Shown: positions 56,073 through 64,000 of the stretch, one piece after another | Layout: the number at the start of each line of letters is the position of its first letter | Numbering within the stretch: the first letter of the stretch is position 1 | Made by a program: the position numbers and the translations under genes | Source of the DNA: Paraphysomonas bandaiensis | Lineage: Eukaryota > Protista > Chrysophyceae | Direction: 5' to 3' | Assembly: GCA_965644295.1 (NCBI GenBank) | Contig: CBFFRP010000094.1 | Coordinates: 62,001-126,000, forward strand | Length of the DNA: 64,000 nt | The notes under the pieces: model-generated | What the model was told of the DNA's origin: nothing | Databases searched by the model: none | The model's input: the letters and a program-made list of their open reading frames with translations, nothing else

Positions 56073-59000
56073 ATGAGCGGTAAGAGTTACCAGTCCTCCC
56101 TGTATAAGTATGAGCAAGAGAGGATTCGTTCTTCCCTCAAGACTCTATTCGAGTATGTGGGGGACACTGTGTACTTAAGCTTGAAATCTGAGTCGGAGAT
56201 TGAGGGCATGCAGCGTCTGGCATTCTCTCGACTGACTTCTCACAACTACACCTCTCCAGATAACAGCAGTAGCGAAAGAAGTCTAGAGGGGATCAGAGAG
56301 AAGCTCAAGATCAATGGCCGTCATAAGGAAAGGTCGATTGAGCTATTGTTGTTGTGGGTTTGAGTAACATATGTTGCAGCAAGCTTTTGGCCGACATATG
56401 GGCCTTTGTATCCAGTAGTCACGGAAGTGAACTAGATCAGCGTGCACTTACACTATCCTCAGATATATCGATTCCTCACAGAATGATAAAGCTTATGGTT
56501 TTACTGGCAAATTCCCCTTCCCAGCCTGGAAAAAGCAGTGACGTGGCATATTTCCCAAGTTTATATGTTGATAGCGGATCTGTTGCTCAACAAGATGGAG
56601 CTAATGTGCATATTGAAGGTGACGAAAGTGATGACGAGAGGATAGAGAAAGATTTAGAGGCTCTACAGGAGTGGAAAATGGAGTGCGAAGAGGAGGAGGA
56701 CGAAAAATTCAGTGACGATGAGGACGAAGAATATTGTGATGATAGATGGGTGCAAGTAGAGAAGAGTAATGGTTATGCACAATCTGTTTCTGTGATGCAG
56801 AAAGATGATAGCACCCCCAAGGTTACAGTCGAAGTATCATGGGAAGATTATGAAGAGGATATATGGTGGTCAAAGTCTGCCACATTACAGTATGGCGTTG
56901 ACCTTCTCCATCCCAGCCATGCAATATCGTACCGCCATACTACCCCTTCCTACAGCACGTCATTACTGCCTGAACTGCCAACACCACTTCCCCCTGCTGT
57001 TGTTTGTGCTGAGGATGCAATATGCCGAGAAGTGCTACACATGCTCTGTGGGGCGACTTCTGAGATGTTCGTACCGACTCACCCACAGGGAGAGGGTAGT
57101 GCTGAAAGCTCTGTCCATGTACGGTTCCGTCTCTCTCCTGCAGCCAGTCGTGCATCGCTTCTTCACATGTCTTCCCTGGCACTGAGATCACTGCTTCAGT
57201 GGTTTATAAAGCTGGGTAACTTCGCCCAAAGTATCCGTGCATCTCTTGATTGTCAATCCCCATTCATCATATCATCTGTATCGGAACGGCAGTCACAGGA
57301 TGACAACAGTCCCCCTGCACTTGTGGAGGCTCAGGCTAGCGTTTTGCAGTCTGTGAGAGAAATTATGGAAAGATTTGATACTCATCTCGCGCAGCTTGAA
57401 ATGTGCTTGACACGTACCCCCACTATTACTACTCTGATTGGGCTTCATTCTACTCTTAGACCTTGGATGAAGTTGCTGGGCTCAGCTGCAGGGTTAGGTC
57501 GAACGGCCGCCACCATGCGAGGAATTGCTTGGGAGTTCGCCCATCAGCATACGCTATCATTTCTCGCCCAACTCCAGACTGATGTGGATGCCACACAACT
57601 TATTTTAATTCACCCCGAAGTATTAGACTCTGTGAGTTCTTATAGCTCCCACCCTGCAGAGAGGGAAATTAATATACACATTCCGATCTACAGTTCCACC
57701 CACTTCGCATACGCTCACCTCATGCGCTGTGCTCTGGCGTCTCTCTGTGGTAGATATCTGGAACAGATGCTGGGATGGGTATTTAGCGGCGGGGGAGCTG
57801 ATATTTCTGATTCTGAAAGTACGAATACAGGTAATTTTTGTTGTGTCCCTTGATCAGTACTATATAAATTGCTTATATCAACTGTATCGTGTCATAGTGT
57901 CAAGCATGAAGTATCGAAGTCGCGGCGCGGCTATTTCTTTCGATCGCTATGATATTTCTGTATCTCCACCTCCGCTTTTCACTGGTATCATACAACATGC
58001 AGCATCAAGTTCTAGTGATGCTCATATCCTCTCCAAGCATCATCACGGGCGTGAGCACTCTCGGTCGACAAGCAGGTTGTTCTGGGTGTCTTATATACTC
58101 GTTTTTGGTGACTGTTTTGCTTGTGCTCTGTAATTGTAACTAATGGTGAGTGATACAGGGACTTTCTCTCATCAGCAGAAAAGAGTATATCTGGATGGCG
58201 TCATATGACAACAGTGTGGGAATCAACTCAAGACTTTTCAAGCCGGATGTCATCTGCAGTGCATGATGGCACATTCGATGAGAAAGATATTAAGATAGTC
58301 AACGGTGACTGTGTTAAGTATAATTCGAGTGGTTTTATATTCGGAGATTCCGCACCCAGAACTGATGTCATTGCACGAAATTTGATCAGAATAGGCGCAA
58401 CATTGAAATCACATAGGCTTACTGCCGAATCTAAGCCTTTTGTTCCACCAAATACCAATGGTGAAGCCCGTGACTGTGGACGCGTGTCGTGTAGGTTGTT
58501 GGCCGATATTTTCCCTTCATGCAGTGTGCTTATGCAACATATGGTACTGCGTCCCCTACATGCGACTCTCGAATGCACTCAGCGACAATGTGTATCCCTC
58601 CTTAATAGCGATAACATCAGAATGGTGGATAATTTGGTATTTATGCAGGAGGTGTTTCTGCTTTCTGGAGCAACGGGTATATATGAACCTCTGAGGGCTC
58701 ATCTTTTACTACCCCCTGCTGCATCTAGTGCCCCTCCCAGGAGAGGAAGACAGTCAAAGTTTGATGAGACTGCAGTTATCATAGCGTCTAGTATAGAGGA
58801 TAACATCTTGGGTCGGTTTCCGGGCACGTTCTCCAGCAATTTAGTCTCAGTATCTCTTCCCGTCACTCCCCGACAGACCACCTCAAGTGCAGGGGGCATG
58901 CTTACCCAGGTCATCAATGCCTTATCTATCGAGATTCATTTTCCGGCGCCTCTTGTAGAAATTCTTCCTGGAGAGGCAGTGGGCATATATAGAGAACAGC

Positions 59001-59737
59001 TTCGTCTCCTGCTGCATACCCAGTCCGGTGGCTGGGCGGCGGAAATTGCATGGAAGAAAATTACTTCCTCGAAGTCGTCTCTGCTGAGGTTCTGTTCCCG
59101 TGTATCATCTCTTGCTGTGGGGCAGTTCTTGAATACGTGTGCCTGTGGTGTTCAATGGATGCTGCATATCTGTCAGGCTGTACAAAGTTTTTATCTACGT
59201 CATATACACGATACCCTGTGGGTTGACCTTGTTAAAGCTCTTGCAAGATGCAGTTCTGTGGAAGAATTACGCAATGCTCATTCAAGCTTCTTGGAGGGTG
59301 TACAGGCCTGTAGTGGATTTATACGACCATTGGTGGACCGTTTTCTAAATCTATCACTGGGCTCTATAGATAACCTCAACGAGGCCTTTTCAGCTGCAGA
59401 GGCGTCGGAAGCAGCCCTCAATGCTATGGAATGGGGGGGAGGGGAGGGGTCCCAATCAACTGATATACTTATCATCAGATCGAGACTCAGTCAGGCGACT
59501 CGTGGGTTCTCAGTTATGTTAGATTGTATAAGGGATATTGTGAGGACTCTGGATGAAATCTCTAATGAGCAGCGTGGGCCGTTTCGCAGAAGCCAGGAAC
59601 CCTTCGAACATAGCTCCATCAGTGGCCCATCGCAGTTTTTATTGTATACAGAGCAGTATTTTTCGTCGTCGCTGCGTGCACTCATCGGTGACGTTGTTCG
59701 TGACAGGCTTATTCGTGTAGAAGAGAGTGGAAATTAG
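56073..59737 (+). CDS. TUBGCP5: Gamma-tubulin complex component 5-like (Spc97/Spc98 family); 4 exons
   Basis: LAFSRLTSHNY...SERSLEGIREKLKI resembles the GCP5 N-terminus. EDAICREVLHMLCG and LHMSSLALRSLL (GRIP1). MVDNLVFMQEVFLL, FPAPLVEIL...Y and SVEELRNAHSSFL (GRIP2). Introns join in frame. Confidence 0.75.
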
Positions 59738-61015
59738 TGCTATGGATTTGTGTTAGTTAAGATTTTGTACATCGAAACAACTCAAAGTCCGATGAGCACA
59801 TGAGACGACGTGACATCGGTATGTTTTTTTCATAATAATTATATAGTTGAGAAGTTTAGAATGATAAACAACTGTTCTTTCTATTGAAAAACCTAGACTT
59901 GCCTTGATACACAATTTCTTAGCTCTCAGATATCACAACTAGTACCTAATTAATTGATTCTGCTTCTCCTTAGTTAACTGCTTACCGCCATTCCATCATC
60001 ATTGTTGATCTGTACTCATGTCCCTATTTTGTTAAAAGAAGTCGGAGTCTTGCGAACGATAGAACTTATTACTCAGTTGTAAACAACAATGTAGTGACTT
60101 GAAAGAGCTAACTCTTGTAAACGCTTTAGACAAATTTCACTAAAATTATAATGACCTTTTACTATAAACAATCTGTATGGAAATGGTATTACAGTTACTA
60201 GTTTAATATCGTTTATTACTATCGTAATACATTATACTACAACCTACTATGTATTTTCGTACTTTGTACCCTTTATAGAAACATTTGTAGTTATTAGGGT
60301 CGCGAAACTATTACAGACAATAATTGAAATGGGGACAGCATATAATTGTCACAAGGACATGCTACTTTCTGATGAATCTCTCACAATTATACTTTGTAAT
60401 TAAAACTATTCTATATGTAGCTGACTATTACTGTGTGGGGTATAATTATATTTAACCTCGGGTAAGAAGGAGGCTATATCGTCTCGCGCTCCAAAGAAGG
60501 AGTGTTTGATGACCTGTTTTCGAAAGTTGACTCATCATTTTGGCTTCTCTAAAATTATGTAATATATAGAAATTACTTTCTCATGACCGTCAATATCACA
60601 AATAAGATAGATTTTTTATATTCAAACCGAATATTGAAATTGAATGATACTATGAGCGTTCTTTTACACCTCAGGCCAAAAAATAGTTTTGAGACAAAAT
60701 GGGGATAAGTTAATTGTGTCATATTAGAATTGTTGTATCCAATAGTATATCATTAGTAGCTTAAATACATTACATGCCATCAACATTTAGTATGGTGTGA
60801 AGCAAGTGTCAGTGCTCAAGTTTCAGCAGTGCTAGTATGATGAAGCACGAGATATACTGCTATACTACTATATAACAGTATTGAGAAAGAGTAAGTAAAA
60901 GTAAGAACTTAATTTGGCAAACTGTTTTTTAATTTTGCCTTGCGGCTGTACATAGCTACTCATTACTCACAATACATATTCTAGGATGAATCTTGCAATA
61001 CTTGGGCGAGACCTA

Positions 61016-61465
61016 TTACTTCTTGTCAGCTGGCATTGGAGCCTCGAAGCGCAGCTCTTTACCGAATCGGTTATAACGCTTTCCCATTTTGTATCTCAGT
61101 CCACAATACAAGCACGTCGCGGGCTCAGAACTTACGCGGTCCAGCTGAATATACTGAATCGGGTGACCAAGGGCGCCAGATCCTCCTTCACACACAGCGA
61201 GTGTACCAGGCACCTCAATTACAGGGACCTCAGCAATGCGTGCCTGCGCATCACTCTGCCATCGCGGGTCCGGAAATTTCTATATATACAAATTATCATT
61301 GCAAAATATCAATTCATTGTCATACCCGTGCTGCGGCACAGAGAGGCATGGCCTGCTGCTGGTGCTTCCACACCCTGACGCAACTGTTAAACTCATAGCA
61401 CCATAACACTAAAATAACACGCACCGAGAGATCGATGAACGAGAAATCGATCGAAAAGCCTGCAT
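61016..61465 (-). CDS. NDUFS6: Mitochondrial complex I 13-kDa zinc-finger subunit; 3 exons
   Basis: Arg/Ser-rich presequence MQAFRSISRSSISR|CVR..., then RIAEVPVIEV..TLAVCEGGSGALGHPIQYIQL...ATCLYCGLRY (zf-CHCC). Confidence 0.93.
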
Positions 61466-61883
61466 TATTGATGCTATGATGAAAGTGATGGGGTTTATTC
61501 ACCAGAGACAAGAGTGGCTGATGCAGTCGAATTATGTTAACATAATCAGCCATGACATGCTGCTGCTGCCTGTGCTGCTGATCTCCGCTCTGGACTACAG
61601 TACATATACAGAGTTCTACAGCCTTCAACATACAGCAGTATATTCAGTGTAGTTGACAGTATGCCGTATATACACAGCAGTACACCACACACCACACATA
61701 TAAAATCAGTTGGTGTCCAAGATGTACTACGGTGTGTACAGCAGTAGTGTGCATGGGTAGATGAGGAGTGATCGCTCACACGTGCTCCACATCACATGCA
61801 TCACATACTTATGACAAGTAAGTTAAATATCTGTCGACCTCAACTCCCTTCTCCTTGTAGATCAGCTTGATATTTTGAGCATT

Positions 61884-63965
61884 ATGGACAAAGACAGGGG
61901 GATTGTGTCGAAATCACAGTCTCAGCTGAGATGGATGATTCTCCTCCTCAACTGTATCTTGATGATTGGAAATTATTATTGTTACGACATTCCCGCTGCA
62001 TTGAAGACCCAGATGGACGATTATATGGTAGGCGATTGACGTCATGCTTGTGTTTTACTAATGTACTTTCAGGGCAATCCGGTAGACTAAATAATTACTA
62101 CGATCGTTATTGTGACTGTAATGAAATAATGCGCAGGGTAATTTTGAAACACTTTTCAGCTTATTGTATACAGTGTACTCTATTCCTAATATCTTTCTTC
62201 CATTTTTTGGTGGATATTTCGTGGACAAGTTTGGAGTCCGTCTGTGCTTGCTGTTATTCGTCTCCCTCATTGCTGCCGGACAGGTCCCGTGCGAGTGATT
62301 TATTTCATGTTTTTGATGCAGTTGTTTAGGTCATTTTTGCGTTTGGTTTGTCTATTAAGTCGTGGCCAATAATGTTTGTCGGTCGAGTTGTCTTTGGGTT
62401 TGGTGGTGAAAGTATCGCTGTGGCTAACTCTTCAATCCTCGGTAAGTTTGTGTACCCAATATTATTGCTAGGGCCTGATGAATGTAAATGCAGCTGACTG
62501 GTTTGCTGGCAAAGAAGTTGCCTTCGCATTTGGTCTTAATCTATCTGTAGCACGACTCGGCTCTGTCTTCAATAACCTTCTCTCTCCAGTATTGGCCGAC
62601 TCTGCTGGAGTACCCTTCGCATTGTGGTTCGGTACCATTCTTTGTGCTTCAAGTGTTTTCTGCGCTATGGTTGTCATCCCTATTGACAAAGGCTTGGAGG
62701 AAAAAATTGCCGCAAATAAACTTGCAGTTGAGGACTCAAACCTTGAGGTAAATAGTGTTATTCATGTTAGAGTGTGTATGATGGCTTTCAGGTTGATCTC
62801 AAACGACCTCGGGACGAGGAAGACGAAGACATTGAAGAGGAGGTAAAGTTCAAGGATGTGCTCTCTTTCCCAAAGCCGTTTTGGATTCTCGTTATATCTT
62901 GTCTAGTTGTGTATGGTAAGATTTAACATATTATCCAAAATTCTGTGTCACCGATTATAGGATGCGTATTACCTTTCAACAACATCGCTTCCAGTTTGCT
63001 TCTTGAGAGAGACTTTTTCATGGAACCACCGAATAAGTGCGTGCTGACTATTCCCAATGAGTGTCAGTCGAGCTCAAATCCACCTATTCACTGCCCCTCG
63101 TCTGACTTTTACCAACCACCCCTGCCTATTAACATCACTATTGATGACAAGTACTATGCCGAGTTAACTCCAGATGATATTGACTGCGGGGATGACGACT
63201 GGAGTGATGGATGTGCTAAGGAGTACTGCAACAGGCAGTCTGATGGCATCAAAGCTGCTGCCACTGTTATGTCTATCCCTTACATCATATCTGCATGCCT
63301 ATCTCCCGTACTTGGAGGGTTTGTTGACAAGTTTGGTATGCGGGCGATTATCGCTACCCTTGCACCTGGCTGTCTGGTGGCTGTGCACCTCTTAATGGCA
63401 TCCACATCAGTAGACCCTATCGGTATGAATGTAAAGCTGCTACATTTCATTTTGCGTGATCGTGTAAATATTTTGTTTTATATTCCACCTTATATCACTT
63501 TCAGGCCCTATGGTCGGACAGGGCCTCGCCTATTCTGCATTTGCAGCTGTAATATGGCCCTCGGTTCCTCTAGTCGTGGAGAAGAAGTTCATTGGCCTCG
63601 GCTATGGCGCCATTACTAGTATACAGAATGCTGGTCTCGCATGCTTCCCCCTTATTGTGGCGGCCATTTACAAATCGTCGGATGATGAGTACATTCCTAA
63701 CGTGGAGTTTTTCTTTGTGGCCTTGGCATGTCTCGGAGTTACAGTGGGCATTCTATTGAACGTGTACGACGTGTACCACAATAACGTTTTCAACTCCCCT
63801 GGTAAGCCAGAGGATGACGCTGTTTATGAGGCCCTGCTTGGTGTAGAAGAAGACCAAGGCGGACGTAAGCACTCAGCAGCTCTAGATGCCCCTCCACGAG
63901 CTGTTTCCAAGGGCTCATTCAGCGTGCAGGAGGAGATCTATCGTGCCAGGATGAAGTCTTCTTAA
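61884..63965 (+). CDS. MFSD1: MFSD1-like major facilitator superfamily lysosomal transporter; about 8 coding exons
   Basis: RWMILLLNC...GNYYCYDIPAAL, LLYTVYSIPNIFLPFFGG..VDKFG, GRVVFGFGGES, WFAGKEVAFAFGLNLSVARLGSV, YG|CVLPFNNIAS, SIPYIISACLSP.LG..VDKFG and WPSVPLVV...G.GYG.ITSIQN.GLA. Confidence 0.92.
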
Positions 63966-64000
63966 GATAACATCTGGCCATACAGACTAGCTACTGTCAG

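Noticed and set aside
1-64000. CRISPR arrays, rRNA, tRNA, non-canonical splice sites, introner-like repeated introns or an alternative genetic code
   Set aside because: No repeat-spacer arrays or structural RNA signatures were seen. The introns I traced are GT-AG and dissimilar to each other, and genes translate with the standard code.

Overview
Eukaryotic nuclear DNA from a gene-dense protist with short (mostly ~40-100 nt) GT-AG introns. The gene content and intron style suggest a flagellated stramenopile, possibly chrysophyte-like; this is an inference. Hand-splicing gives 16 protein-coding genes: a DUSP-domain protein, eIF2B-delta, a hinderin/KIAA1328-like coiled coil, a tandem-PX protein, an RGS protein, a CSPP1/CCDC66-like protein, an EF-hand/WD40 protein, a bacterial-type succinylglutamate desuccinylase/aspartoacylase, an FG-GAP/EGF multi-TM receptor, an S8 subtilase with a modular PT tail, a stand-alone TAZ zinc finger, a divergent kinesin, a FYVE-DENND6 fusion, GCP5, NDUFS6 and MFSD1. 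Twelve of them form six head-to-head pairs around 0.4-0.7 kb TAC/GTA-rich spacers. A 1731-bp hAT transposon has perfect 23-bp TIRs and an 8-bp TSD, but two internal deletions remove its catalytic core. It sits beside an older, related hAT end. The most striking candidate for an undescribed system is the gene at 49561-55394 (-). It fuses a FYVE domain, a DENND6-type Rab-GEF module, a membrane anchor and three tandem FABP/iLBP-like lipid-binding barrels. No rRNA, tRNA or CRISPR was found. All family calls come from motif recognition, not database searches.
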